Source: Bacteroidales bacterium (GTDB lineage: Bacteria > Bacteroidota > Bacteroidia > Bacteroidales > UBA12077). From it: a stretch of DNA of 43,674 bases. Both the position numbers and the translations under genes were made by a program. The notes under the pieces are model-generated. The model searched no databases. It had not been told where the DNA came from and saw nothing but the letters and a program-made list of their open reading frames with translations. The stretch covers positions 1-43,674 of the forward strand of contig JANQHR010000099.1 of assembly GCA_028282585.1 (NCBI GenBank), in the 5' to 3' direction. This document shows positions 10,739-20,664 of the stretch, one piece after another (within the stretch, counting starts at the first letter, position 1; each line of letters starts with the position of its first letter).

Positions 10739-12004
10739 ATGAAAAAAATTACCTTACTGATAATATTCAGTATTTTGTTAAATTATCTTTATTCTCAGGA
10801 AAATTATCAACCTGGTTACATTATTGATAACAATGGAAAAAAAATTGAAGGATACATTGATTATCGAAACTGGCGCAGCAACCCAGATTTTATAAATTTT
10901 AAAGAAGAAACCAATAGTAAAGAATCAAAATTTGGTCCAACTGATATTTTAGAGTTTTCCGTTGCATCGGATATTTATGAATCTGCTAATGTAAAAATAG
11001 AAGTTTCATCAAGAAATACATCTAAATTAGATGATAATCCAACACTAAACTATATTGAAAAGGAGGTTTTTTTATTGTTATTGTATAAGGGTAGTAAAGA
11101 TTTACTAATGTATAGGTTAGGAGGTGGAACAAATCACTTTTATATTAGAAGTGAAGAGAATATAGAATATTTAGTTTATAAAAAATATAAGAAAACACAT
11201 ACTAATACTTCATATGATCAAAAACCTCATACTACTGTAATGAAAAATGAACGATATAAGAGGATATTAGCGTTTCACTTCAGTGATTGCCTTAAAATTC
11301 AATCTGATATTAATAAACTGGAATATACAAAATCAAGCATTACCAAGTTATTCGATAAATATATTGAATGTTCTAATTCTAAATTTGAATATATAAAACC
11401 AAAAGAAACCGCTCAAAACAAATTTGGTATTTTGGCAGGGGCCACTTTTACATTTATAAATATAGAATCAAATATAAATCATAAAGTTTTATCGTTTAAT
11501 GGGAAAGATTCGTATGATTATACTTTTGGAATTTATTCTGATTTGGCTTTCCCAAGAAACTTTTATAAAATATCTTGGTATAATGAACTAGCTTACACGC
11601 AGTATGGTGCAGAAGGCACAAATTATATCGGTATAAACACAACTGAATATTTAAAATTTGATTTTAAATTTATTGAATTAAACTCAATGCTACGTTATAA
11701 ATATCCTGTTAAAAATAATTTCATATATGGTAATCTAGGATTTTCATTTGGTTTTCCGATTGATAAAAAAAGTGAATCTAAATCGGTAAACCCAACAAGA
11801 GAACAGCCCACTATTGAAAATGATTTTGTTAGTACCAAAAACTATTCAGCCGGAATAAATATTGGAGGAGGTATTCAATTTGGAAGAATAAGTGGTGAAG
11901 TTAGGTATCGTTTAGATATATCTAATGGTTTGTTTGACTATTATAACGTTACATCAAACTTCAATAAATTATCATTGATAATTGGTTATACAATAAACAA
12001 ATAA
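10739..12004 (+). CDS. Outer-membrane beta-barrel protein (PorT-like C-terminal domain)
   Basis: Signal peptide, common Bacteroidota N-terminal GYII...G.I...W domain, and amphipathic beta-strands ending in IIGY. Confidence 0.7.
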   Translation: MKKITLLIIFSILLNYLYSQENYQPGYIIDNNGKKIEGYIDYRNWRSNPDFINFKEETNSKESKFGPTDILEFSVASDIYESANVKIEVSSRNTSKLDDNPTLNYIEKEVFLLLLYKGSKDLLMYRLGGGTNHFYIRSEENIEYLVYKKYKKTHTNTSYDQKPHTTVMKNERYKRILAFHFSDCLKIQSDINKLEYTKSSITKLFDKYIECSNSKFEYIKPKETAQNKFGILAGATFTFINIESNINHKVLSFNGKDSYDYTFGIYSDLAFPRNFYKISWYNELAYTQYGAEGTNYIGINTTEYLKFDFKFIELNSMLRYKYPVKNNFIYGNLGFSFGFPIDKKSESKSVNPTREQPTIENDFVSTKNYSAGINIGGGIQFGRISGEVRYRLDISNGLFDYYNVTSNFNKLSLIIGYTINK

Positions 12005-12015
12005 AATAGACTAAT

Positions 12016-12296
12016 TGAACTGCCCACCCCCATAAAGTTGGAAACTATTTGGGGGTATTTTTATGTTTAAGGAATTGACATAAAGCAGTTGAAAGAGTAA
12101 AGTTAAGCAGGGTCTTTCTTTTCCTCAGTTTTGTTATGAATAAATAGAACATATAGAAGGTAATTGTAAAATGAGTTCGTTGTTTTAAACAGAATGTTTA
12201 TACTGAACGATATACATCAAATGAAAAAAAGCCTTTATCATTATTGAAACCTACATATAGTTCAATATTCAAGATGTTAGTGTATTATTTTTGGGA
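12016..12296 (+). mobile_element. Degenerate IS3-family remnant (left end plus decayed orfA)
   Basis: TGAACTGCCCACCCCCATAAAGTTGGAAACTATTTGGGGGTATTTTTATG resembles IS3/IS150-group left ends as I recall them; broken downstream frames give FKQNV.., LSL/ETYI*FNI, like an IS3 OrfA HTH. Right boundary approximate. Confidence 0.5.
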
Positions 12297-12306
12297 AATA
12301 AACGAT

Positions 12307-12371
12307 AATTGGACTATTAAAACAAAATATAAATTGGCTCTTGTGTATATTCCAATTAACATATAATTTTG
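12307..12371 (+). promoter_or_regulatory. Putative MocR-type operator and promoter
   Basis: AATTGG (12307) and AATTGG (12332) direct repeats, inverted CCAATT (12352), TAATTTTG -7 element at 12364. Confidence 0.6.
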
Positions 12372-12397
12372 TCTTGTAAATTATTATACAATACTTT

Positions 12398-13870
12398 ATG
12401 TTGTTATTAAACTTAAATACCTCAAGTAGCAACCCTCTGTATAAACAGGTTATAGAACAAATAAAACACTTGATCGACAGTGAATTATTAAAACCTGGTG
12501 ATAAGTTACCATCGACCAGGGTATTGGCAAAACAACATAATCTTAACAGAAATACAATATGCAAAGCATATGAAGAACTATGGGCCCTGGGTTATATTGA
12601 AAGTAGCTCAGGCTCTTATTCTAAAGTAAGGAAACGAATTATTAAAGTGATTACTGAACCAGACAAAAAAAATCAAACTTATAACTGGGAGAATATTATT
12701 AGTAAAAGTTCCAATCTACTTAGAAAATCAACACAGAAGAAAATAGTTGAGATAAACTCCAAAACTAAAATAGACTTTAGGCCGCTTTCACCTGATCCCA
12801 AAATACTTCCTAACATTGAATTCAGAAAGTGTTTAAATGATGTTCTAAAGTCCGACAGATCAGAAATATTGCTATATGGTGAACCAGAAGGGTTTTATCC
12901 GTTACGCGCATTTTTAGCCAGGCATATGCAATTACATACAATTAATGTCAATATAAATGATATTATAATAACCAATGGTGCACAAAATGCTCTAGACATG
13001 ATCGTTAAACTGTTAATTGATCAGGGAGATACCATATTAATTGAAAAACCTACTTATTCAGAAGCTATACCTATCTTTAAATATTATAATGCAAATATTA
13101 TTGAATTAACCGTTTATGAAGACGGTTTGAATCTAAAGGAACTTGAACAGGTTCTTCAAAAGCATCATCCCAAGTTTTTATATACCATGCCTAACTTTCA
13201 AAATCCTACAGGAACAACCACAAGTCAGGCACATAGAGAAAAGTTGTTAAGTATTTGCGAAAAATATAATTTACCCATAATTGAAGATGGCTTTGTTGAA
13301 GAAATGAAATATTTTGGAAAGAACATATTACCAATAAAGTCGATGGATAAAAAAGGATTCGTATTTTATATTGGCACTTTTTCAAAAGTCTTATTTCCGG
13401 GTATTCGTATTGGTTGGATAGCTTCTAATGAATATTGTACAAAACGATTCTCCGAAATAAGAAAAGTTACTGAAATATCAATGAATACAATTAATCAAGC
13501 TGCGTTGGAGCTATTTTGCAAGAATGGATTTTATGAGAAGCAATTGAAAAAAATCCATACAGTTTATAAAAAGAGAATGGGAGTTGCACTAAAAACTTTA
13601 CGAGAAAATTTACACTCGAATGATTTTAAATATACCAAACCGATTGGAGGTTATACAATTTGGTTTGAAAGTAAAGGTTCTAAAATTACTGAAAGCCAAC
13701 TAACTAAATTAATACAACAAGATGGTGTACTAGTTACTCCAGGTAGCCAATCTTATTATTCAAATACAAATTCAACCTGTTTTCGAATTTCAATTGCACA
13801 TCGCAATGAAGGTGAAATTGAAAGAGGGATTAACGTAATATCACAAGTGCTTAATTCATTAAATAATTAA
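12398..13870 (+). CDS. MocR/GabR-family (GntR wHTH + PLP aminotransferase domain) transcriptional regulator
   Basis: PLYKQV..LKPGDKLPSTR..AYEEL HTH; FQNPTG, IIED and GTFSKVLFPGIRIGW PLP-lysine motifs. Confidence 0.93.
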   Translation: MLLLNLNTSSSNPLYKQVIEQIKHLIDSELLKPGDKLPSTRVLAKQHNLNRNTICKAYEELWALGYIESSSGSYSKVRKRIIKVITEPDKKNQTYNWENIISKSSNLLRKSTQKKIVEINSKTKIDFRPLSPDPKILPNIEFRKCLNDVLKSDRSEILLYGEPEGFYPLRAFLARHMQLHTINVNINDIIITNGAQNALDMIVKLLIDQGDTILIEKPTYSEAIPIFKYYNANIIELTVYEDGLNLKELEQVLQKHHPKFLYTMPNFQNPTGTTTSQAHREKLLSICEKYNLPIIEDGFVEEMKYFGKNILPIKSMDKKGFVFYIGTFSKVLFPGIRIGWIASNEYCTKRFSEIRKVTEISMNTINQAALELFCKNGFYEKQLKKIHTVYKKRMGVALKTLRENLHSNDFKYTKPIGGYTIWFESKGSKITESQLTKLIQQDGVLVTPGSQSYYSNTNSTCFRISIAHRNEGEIERGINVISQVLNSLNN

Positions 13871-13872
13871 AC

Positions 13873-15072
13873 ATGAACTATTTATTTAACCCTTTACCAC
13901 ATTCCGGAATAAACAATATTATTAAGGCAAAAAACGAGTATTATTATACTTCTGATAACAAAAGATACATTGATTTAGAATCGGGAATCTGGTGTGCTTC
14001 GATTGGCCATAATCACAACAGTATTAATAAAATAATACATGATCAACTAAATAGCTTAAGTCATATAAGCAAACGTGTTTTACCCTCAGATATTGATAAA
14101 ATTGCAGAAAAATTACTCAACCTTGCAGATATGCAAGGTAAAACTATGTTCCTGAATACAGGAAGTGAGGCCATTGAATTTTCAATGATTCTTGCAAAGC
14201 TTATCCATAAGAAAGCAAAAGTTATTTCTTTTGAAGATAATTATGTTTCCGCATATGGTCAAGCTACTCAAATTGATGAAAAAATAAATATCGCGTCATG
14301 CTTAAAATGCGAAAAAGAAGAATGTAATAAGGCTTGTAAGGTATTAAAAGATAAGATTGATAAAAATGCAATTTTTATTTTTGATCCATTTTGTTTTTCT
14401 AGGTTAGTATTATTACCACCACAAAAGCTCATAAAAAGAATTGAAAGAGAAATTAAATTAAATAATGGAATATTAATCGTTGATGAGATAACAACTGGTA
14501 TGGGAAGAACTGGTAAATGGTTTGGTTATAATCATTTTGGAATAAAACCTGATATGATCGTTCTTGGAAAATCGCTTGGAAATGGTTATCCTGTAAGTGC
14601 TGTACTTATTGATGAATTTATTATCAAAAAAGTAGAAAAGACGGAATTTGGATATTACCAATCACATCAAAATGACCCTATGGGTTGCAAAATTGCAGAG
14701 GGAGTTATAAAAGAAATCCAAGAAAATGGATTGATCGATGTTTCAAAAGAATTGGGTATTTCGCTTTTATCTAAATTAAAACAGGAATTATATGATATGA
14801 ATTGTGTAGAGGAAATTAGAGGAATTGGACTTTTAATTGGAATACAGATTAGTAAAAATATTATCGTAGAAGAAATATATCATAAATTGGTTAAAAAAGG
14901 AGTAATTATAGGTATTTCTATTAAATACAATATGCTGAATATTTTTCCACCATATACAATAAATCCAATTATGATTCCAAAAGTTGTAGAAAGTATTAAA
15001 ACTACTATTTTTGAAATTGAACAAGGTAAAAAAATAAGTAAGTTGTCAAATTTGAATAATTATAAAGCTTAA
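13873..15072 (+). CDS. Class III PLP-dependent aminotransferase
   Basis: YIDLESGIWCASIGHN, TGSEAIE, VDEITTGMGRTGKWF, PDMIVLGKSLGNG. Confidence 0.9.
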   Translation: MNYLFNPLPHSGINNIIKAKNEYYYTSDNKRYIDLESGIWCASIGHNHNSINKIIHDQLNSLSHISKRVLPSDIDKIAEKLLNLADMQGKTMFLNTGSEAIEFSMILAKLIHKKAKVISFEDNYVSAYGQATQIDEKINIASCLKCEKEECNKACKVLKDKIDKNAIFIFDPFCFSRLVLLPPQKLIKRIEREIKLNNGILIVDEITTGMGRTGKWFGYNHFGIKPDMIVLGKSLGNGYPVSAVLIDEFIIKKVEKTEFGYYQSHQNDPMGCKIAEGVIKEIQENGLIDVSKELGISLLSKLKQELYDMNCVEEIRGIGLLIGIQISKNIIVEEIYHKLVKKGVIIGISIKYNMLNIFPPYTINPIMIPKVVESIKTTIFEIEQGKKISKLSNLNNYKA

Positions 15073-15074
15073 AA

Positions 15075-15680
15075 ATGAAAGAATTCTCAATTATATCAGT
15101 ATCGATCATCAATATTATTATAGGAGTAAGGTATTGTCTTTTAACATATAAACAAGAAATAAAACCTGCTTTGGCTATGTGGTCCTTTTTTACGTTGGCT
15201 GTTGCAATGAGTTTAACTACCTATATGGCGGAAGGAGATTATAGTCTTTGGGATAATATTCTAAATACTACAGATTTATTACTGGTTTCTGTGGTAACCG
15301 TATTTATACTGATTTTTGGTGATACAAGTACAAAATTCACTCGATTTGACAAATTTTGTTTGTTACTGGTAATTTTAATAACCATATTCTGGTTTATAAC
15401 TAAAACTCATTTTTTATCTCATATTTTAATTCAGGGTATTTTAGTAATTGCATATTTTCCAGTAATCAGAAGATTGTGGCAATCCAAAGAAAATACCGAA
15501 CCATTTTCGGTATGGATTTTACTAATGATTGTTCCTGTATTCTCTTTATTATCAAGTAAAGGAATTTTAGCAACAGTATATGCAGTAAGAGCCATAGCAT
15601 CAACGGCTATTCTAATGATTTTAATGCTTAGAGTTGAAATAAAATATAGGAAACAAATCAAGTTAAAAGCTACTAATTAA
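15075..15680 (+). CDS. Multi-pass membrane protein, unknown function (possibly a PQ-loop-like transporter)
   Basis: About 7 hydrophobic segments; starts 2 bp after the aminotransferase stop; FPVIRRLW..K..E motif. Confidence 0.75.
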   Translation: MKEFSIISVSIINIIIGVRYCLLTYKQEIKPALAMWSFFTLAVAMSLTTYMAEGDYSLWDNILNTTDLLLVSVVTVFILIFGDTSTKFTRFDKFCLLLVILITIFWFITKTHFLSHILIQGILVIAYFPVIRRLWQSKENTEPFSVWILLMIVPVFSLLSSKGILATVYAVRAIASTAILMILMLRVEIKYRKQIKLKATN

Positions 15681-16668
15681 GCATATATACTAACCTGGTA
15701 TATTTTTTTCTATACTCATTAGGTGATATTCCTGTAATTCTTTTAAATAGCTTACGGAATGTAGTTATATCATCATAACCAACATTGTGGACAATTTCTT
15801 CTATGGTTTTTTGAGTTGTTTCCAAAGCTTTTTTTACAGCCTCAACTCTAACTCTTTGAATATATTCTATTGGTGTATTTCCTGTTGCATTTTTAAATCT
15901 TCGAATAAAATTTCTTTTACTAATAGCTACCTCACCAGATATCTCGTCTAAAGAGATTCGCTTATTGTAATTATTCTCAATATATTTTTGAGCAATTAAT
16001 ACTTCCTTATCGGCGTGTTGCTTCTGTGAGCTAAAAATAGCATATGAAGATTGCGGTTCTTTATGTATATCAATTAAAAGCATTTTAGAAGTATAATTAG
16101 CAACTTCCACCCCGCAAAATTTCTCGATAATATATATCATCAAATTATGAAATGACGTGGCTCCCCCGGAAGTATATACATTGCCTGCATCTACAATAAT
16201 TTCCTGAGGAAGAAGATCTATTTTAGGATACTTCAGTTTAAAATAATCGGCAGCAGCCCAATGAGTTGCAGCAGATTTTCCATCAAGCAAGCCAGTTTCT
16301 GCCAAAATAAAAGCACCTGTGCAGATACTTGCAATTTCAGTGCCTTCTTCATGCTTTTGCTTGATCCACTCAACAAACTTGTAATTTTGTTCAAGCTGCT
16401 CTTCAATATCACCATCTAACCCCGGAACTATAACCATGTTAAGTTTGCCAACATCATAAATTGTATTATGGCAATAAAGCGGGTAATTATTAGCTGTATT
16501 TACCATTTTTGAATTTAGTGAAACTAATTTAACTTCAAAAAAGGAATCATTAGTCTCAATTCCATTTAATTCATTGTAATATCGACCTGCTTTGTTCAGT
16601 ATTTCCATTGGACCTATCATTGCCATCGATGTACAATCTTCTAATACCAAAATACCGATTTTCATCAT
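15673..16668 (-). CDS. GlxA-family AraC regulator with DJ-1/PfpI domain
   Basis: SICTGAFILAETGLLDG, ATHW, TSGG; C-terminal AraC double HTH (RRFKNATG, VGYDD..FRKLFKRITGISP). Confidence 0.93.
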   Translation of the reverse strand: MMKIGILVLEDCTSMAMIGPMEILNKAGRYYNELNGIETNDSFFEVKLVSLNSKMVNTANNYPLYCHNTIYDVGKLNMVIVPGLDGDIEEQLEQNYKFVEWIKQKHEEGTEIASICTGAFILAETGLLDGKSAATHWAAADYFKLKYPKIDLLPQEIIVDAGNVYTSGGATSFHNLMIYIIEKFCGVEVANYTSKMLLIDIHKEPQSSYAIFSSQKQHADKEVLIAQKYIENNYNKRISLDEISGEVAISKRNFIRRFKNATGNTPIEYIQRVRVEAVKKALETTQKTIEEIVHNVGYDDITTFRKLFKRITGISPNEYRKKYTRLVYMLN

Positions 16669-16729
16669 AAATAAAGAAGTTTATTAGTTCGATGTAAAAT
16701 TACTAAAAATCAGTAATTAAAATAAACAT

Positions 16730-16797
16730 TGGCAAGATACCCACTTTTTAATGTCAATATTGCCTCTTTTAGCATGCTAATTCAACAAGTATTTTTG
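16730..16797 (+). promoter_or_regulatory. AraC-type tandem direct repeats and -7 promoter of the VOC gene
   Basis: TGGCAAGATACCCACTTTT (16730) and TGTCAATATTGCCTCTTTT (16752), 14/19 identical, 22 bp apart; TATTTTTG at 16790. Confidence 0.6.
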
Positions 16798-16835
16798 TTT
16801 TGTAAAATTTATTATCAACTAAAACTATAAAAATT

Positions 16836-17201
16836 ATGAATCCAGTAAATTGGTTTGAAATTCCGGTAACAGACATGGATAGAGCTGTTAATTTTTACTC
16901 GAAAGTATTTAATGTGGAGCTAATGCCAATGGAAATGCCTTGGATGAAAATGGCTGCATTTCCAATGGTGCAGGACGCTCCAAATTCAACAGGGGCATTG
17001 GTGAAAGGAGAAGGTTTAGTACCAACAATCGAAGGTACAACTGTTTATTTTCATTGTGAAGATTTAGACGTTGAACTAAAAAGAATTGAGGAATTTGGAG
17101 GAAAAATACTAAATCCTAAAACCTCAATAGGCGAACACGGTTTTATTGCTCACTTTATTGACTTGGAAGGCAATAGAATTGCGCTACATTCAAAAAAGTA
17201 A
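16836..17201 (+). CDS. VOC/glyoxalase-bleomycin resistance family protein
   Basis: VNWFEIPVTDMDRA..FY; GGKI; F.DLEGNRIALHS. Confidence 0.92.
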   Translation: MNPVNWFEIPVTDMDRAVNFYSKVFNVELMPMEMPWMKMAAFPMVQDAPNSTGALVKGEGLVPTIEGTTVYFHCEDLDVELKRIEEFGGKILNPKTSIGEHGFIAHFIDLEGNRIALHSKK

Positions 17202-17212
17202 TTTAATTAGCT

Positions 17213-17626
17213 ATGAAATTTTATAAACGAAACGCAATTACTGCAGCAATTCTATTTCTTATTTCAGCGTTTATAGGTATGTCAATTGGAATGAATTATG
17301 CTATTCGTTTCCCATCAGAATATAATGGTTATTATATGATAGAAAAAGGAGAAGCAATGATTCGTGCTGCACACACACATGGAATGCCTTTTGCACTCTA
17401 TAATTTAATCTTGGCATTTGTTATTCCGTTCCTTAGATTGCCAGATAAAGTAAAAAATCTCACTTCATGGTCCGGAATTTTAATGGTTATAATGCCGTTA
17501 GCATTGTTTTTAAGGGGAAAGGTTTACCCAGCTAACACGTTTGACTATTTAGGTTTCATTGGTGCAAGTTTTTTCCTCCTAACATCGGCACTAGTATTAA
17601 TTGGTTCAATTAGGTATAAACATTAA
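17213..17626 (+). CDS. Four-TM membrane protein with RAAHTHG motif
   Basis: 4 hydrophobic helices; His-rich AHTHG; operonic with the VOC gene. Confidence 0.8.
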   Translation: MKFYKRNAITAAILFLISAFIGMSIGMNYAIRFPSEYNGYYMIEKGEAMIRAAHTHGMPFALYNLILAFVIPFLRLPDKVKNLTSWSGILMVIMPLALFLRGKVYPANTFDYLGFIGASFFLLTSALVLIGSIRYKH

Positions 17627-17643
17627 CAGCATTAGAGTTTAAA

Positions 17644-17669
17644 AAAAGCTGCCTTTATTGGCAGCTTTT
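17644..17669. terminator. Bidirectional intrinsic terminator
   Basis: AAAAGCTGCC-TTTATT-GGCAGCTTTT between convergent genes. Confidence 0.85.
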
Positions 17670-17673
17670 CGTG

Positions 17674-18609
17674 TTACCTGTTTTCTGGTTTAACATTTAA
17701 AAATAGCTTTTTAAAAGAGCCCCATTTATATTTATAAGCCATAATTCCAATGAATATAATTGATACAATTAAAATTTCGTACAAACTTGCTACAGGATCT
17801 ACTTTTTCAATTTTGAATAAGGCCGGTGTTTGTAATACTGAACTATCATGAGTTACCATAAGAGCACTTAACACATTGTTAATAACATGAACACCAATAG
17901 CTAATTCAAGACCTTCATCCATTATTGTCAATACAGCCAAAATTAGTCCGAGAATCATATATTGAGGTAACATAATACCAACTCCATATTCTTTTACTTC
18001 GGGATTCATAATATGCAGTAAACCAAACATAAGAGATGTCAATAAAACCGGAATCCATGTATTTTTAGTTAATATAGCCAAACCTTGTTGTAAATATCCT
18101 CTAAAAAGTATTTCTTCAAATGCCGACTGTAAACTTAAACATGAAACAGTTACTAAAATAAGAATGATAAATTGTTGTACATTAAACCGAAATTCTATTC
18201 CTTCCGGATCAGTGACGTAGGAAATAATAAAACTTAAGACCATCATACCTCCCCATATACCCGCTGCAAAAAAGAAACGATTCCAATCAAATCGTTCTCT
18301 TGAAGTTAAAGTAGTTTTTATACTTCTGTTATGCAAAGGTTTAACCAAAAACCAAATAGCAAAAAATCCAAACACAAATGATAATAACATTAGAAATAAT
18401 CCCAGGTTTGGATCAATACCCAATAACTCAAAATTCGTTAAATTACTGGTATTCATCTCTACACCGTTTTTCATAGCTTTAATACCAGCTATAATACCAT
18501 AAGGTAAACTACCAATTTGAGTTGCTGCAAATAATGCAATTATCATTATTAAATAACGCCAAAATTCGTTCTTTCCTTGATAAGCATTTAATAAGTATTT
18601 GTTAGTCAT
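17674..18609 (-). CDS. CPBP (Abi/CAAX) family intramembrane metalloprotease
   Basis: EEILFRG, FGLLH and HVINN motifs; multi-TM; ATG at 18609 preferred over the TTG at 18639. Confidence 0.92.
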   Translation of the reverse strand: MTNKYLLNAYQGKNEFWRYLIMIIALFAATQIGSLPYGIIAGIKAMKNGVEMNTSNLTNFELLGIDPNLGLFLMLLSFVFGFFAIWFLVKPLHNRSIKTTLTSRERFDWNRFFFAAGIWGGMMVLSFIISYVTDPEGIEFRFNVQQFIILILVTVSCLSLQSAFEEILFRGYLQQGLAILTKNTWIPVLLTSLMFGLLHIMNPEVKEYGVGIMLPQYMILGLILAVLTIMDEGLELAIGVHVINNVLSALMVTHDSSVLQTPALFKIEKVDPVASLYEILIVSIIFIGIMAYKYKWGSFKKLFLNVKPENR

Positions 18610-18776
18610 AATACGAGTTTTAAAATTATTTTTGACCAATTAGTATACTAATATTGTGATTTATTACATTTTTTATCAAAAAATCAAATTTAAAAAACTG
18701 TTAATAAATCCGCGTAACATTTTATGAACATTTCCAGAATAAAATCCTTTCTTAGTATTTTATTTAAAAATTAGCC

Positions 18777-20588
18777 ATGATACTAAGCAGAATCGATTGG
18801 ATTATCTTATTAATTTTCTTTTTAATTGTAATTTCTATAGGCTGGTTTGCTTCGAAAACAGCAGGAAAGAATACTTCAGAATTCTTTTTAGGTGGTCGTG
18901 GAATGCCTTGGTGGTTATTAGGTATTTCAATGGTAGCATGTACTTTTTCTGCCGATACACCAAATCTTGTTACAGGAATGGTTCGTGAAAATGGGGTGGC
19001 TAAAAATTGGGCATGGTGGGCTTTTCTTATAACAGGTATGGTAACCGTATTTATCTATGCTAAATTATGGCGCCGTTCGAATGTAATGACCGATTTGGAA
19101 TTCTATGAGAAACGTTACGGAGGAAAACCAGCAGCGTTTTTAAGAGGTTTTAGATCTCTTTATTTAGGCTTGTTTTTTAATGTTTTAATTATGGGCACAG
19201 TTACCCTTGCTGCTATTAAAATAGGTGCTGTTATGTTCGGATTAAAGCCGTTAACCACCGTTTTAATTGCTTCTGCCACAGTTGTTATATATGCAGGATT
19301 GGGAGGTTTAAAAGGCGTAATTTGGGCAGATTTTTTCCAATATTCAATAGCTATGGTAGGGGCTGTGTATGCAGCTATTGTTGCCATACAACAACCGGAA
19401 ATTCAATCAATCGGGGGTATGCAGGGAATGTTAAGTCAGTTAGGAGATACAGTTAAGTTCGTACCTGATTTTACGAATGCTTCAACTTATATTCCTTTAC
19501 TTATTATTCCAATAGCTGTTCAATGGTGGAGCGTCTGGTATCCGGGAGCCGAACCGGGAGGTGGTGGTTACATAGCACAAAGAATGTTAGCTGCTAAAAA
19601 CGAAAAAAATGCAATTGGAGCAACCCTTTTGTTTAATTTTGCACATTATGCTTTACGACCTTGGCCCTGGATAATTGTAGCTTTGGCTTCAATGGTAATT
19701 TATCCGGATTTAGCTTCAATAAAATCTGAATTTCCTAATATAGACCCAACTTACTTAAAAGATGACATTGCTTACCCTGTAATGCTTTCAAAATTAAAGC
19801 CTGGCTGGTTAGGTTTGGTGGTAGCATCACTAATTGCGGCGTATATGTCAACTATTGGAACACATTTAAACTGGGGATCATCGTATGTTGTAAATGATTT
19901 TTATAAACGGTTTGTCCGTCCTAATGCATCAGAAAAAGAATTTGTTTTAATGGGACGTATTTCAACTTTGATTTTAATGATTTTAGCAGCGGTAGTTGCT
20001 TTGTTTTTCTTAAATAATGCGACTCAGGCTTTTAATATACTGCTACTTTCAGGAGCTGGTTCTGGTGCAATATATTTATTAAGGTGGTTCTGGTGGAGAA
20101 TTAACGCCTGGACCGAAATTATAGCTATGATTGGTGCAACTTTTGTGGCTATAGTACTGGTATTTTTTATTGAAGATTCTTCTGTTGCAACTAAAGTTCT
20201 GGATGGATTCACCATGAAACTTTTGATTGCAGTAACCATAACTTCAATTATTTGGATATTAACAACCATAATCACCAGGCCAGAGAATAAAATGATTTTA
20301 AGGGAATTTTATAAGCTTACACACCCCGGAGGACCCGGATGGAAAAGAATTATTGAAGAAGCTAAAAATGATGGTGAAATAATAAATGAAAATGAATTAG
20401 GAAGACCATGGGAAATGCCAATACAGATTTTGTTAGTATTTATTGGTTGTATGGTAATTTATTCCAGTTTATTTGCTATCGGAAACTTTGTTTATGGCAA
20501 AACAATATATGGATTTATTTTACTTACTATTGCAGGCATAGGAACTTTTTTCTTATTTAAATATTTCGGTAAATTAAGGGCAAATTAA
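18777..20588 (+). CDS. Sodium:solute symporter (SSS) family protein
   Basis: FFLGGRGMPWW, GGLKGVIWADFFQ, QRMLAAK, AAYMST; many TM helices. Confidence 0.93.
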   Translation: MILSRIDWIILLIFFLIVISIGWFASKTAGKNTSEFFLGGRGMPWWLLGISMVACTFSADTPNLVTGMVRENGVAKNWAWWAFLITGMVTVFIYAKLWRRSNVMTDLEFYEKRYGGKPAAFLRGFRSLYLGLFFNVLIMGTVTLAAIKIGAVMFGLKPLTTVLIASATVVIYAGLGGLKGVIWADFFQYSIAMVGAVYAAIVAIQQPEIQSIGGMQGMLSQLGDTVKFVPDFTNASTYIPLLIIPIAVQWWSVWYPGAEPGGGGYIAQRMLAAKNEKNAIGATLLFNFAHYALRPWPWIIVALASMVIYPDLASIKSEFPNIDPTYLKDDIAYPVMLSKLKPGWLGLVVASLIAAYMSTIGTHLNWGSSYVVNDFYKRFVRPNASEKEFVLMGRISTLILMILAAVVALFFLNNATQAFNILLLSGAGSGAIYLLRWFWWRINAWTEIIAMIGATFVAIVLVFFIEDSSVATKVLDGFTMKLLIAVTITSIIWILTTIITRPENKMILREFYKLTHPGGPGWKRIIEEAKNDGEIINENELGRPWEMPIQILLVFIGCMVIYSSLFAIGNFVYGKTIYGFILLTIAGIGTFFLFKYFGKLRAN

Positions 20589-20621
20589 AGCTCGGATTTT
20601 AGGTTTAAGTTTTCAAATTAG

Positions 20622-20629
20622 TATGTTTG
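20622..20629 (+). promoter_or_regulatory. -7 promoter element
   Basis: TATGTTTG about 35 bp before the nucleotidyltransferase ATG. Confidence 0.5.
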
Positions 20630-20664
20630 CATTCTGAAAATTAAATTTTAAATTTTTCTTGATT

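Noticed and set aside
18699-18730. Imperfect palindrome TGTTAATAAA-N12-TTTATGAACA
   Set aside because: Spacing differs from the N16 motif; single AT-rich instance
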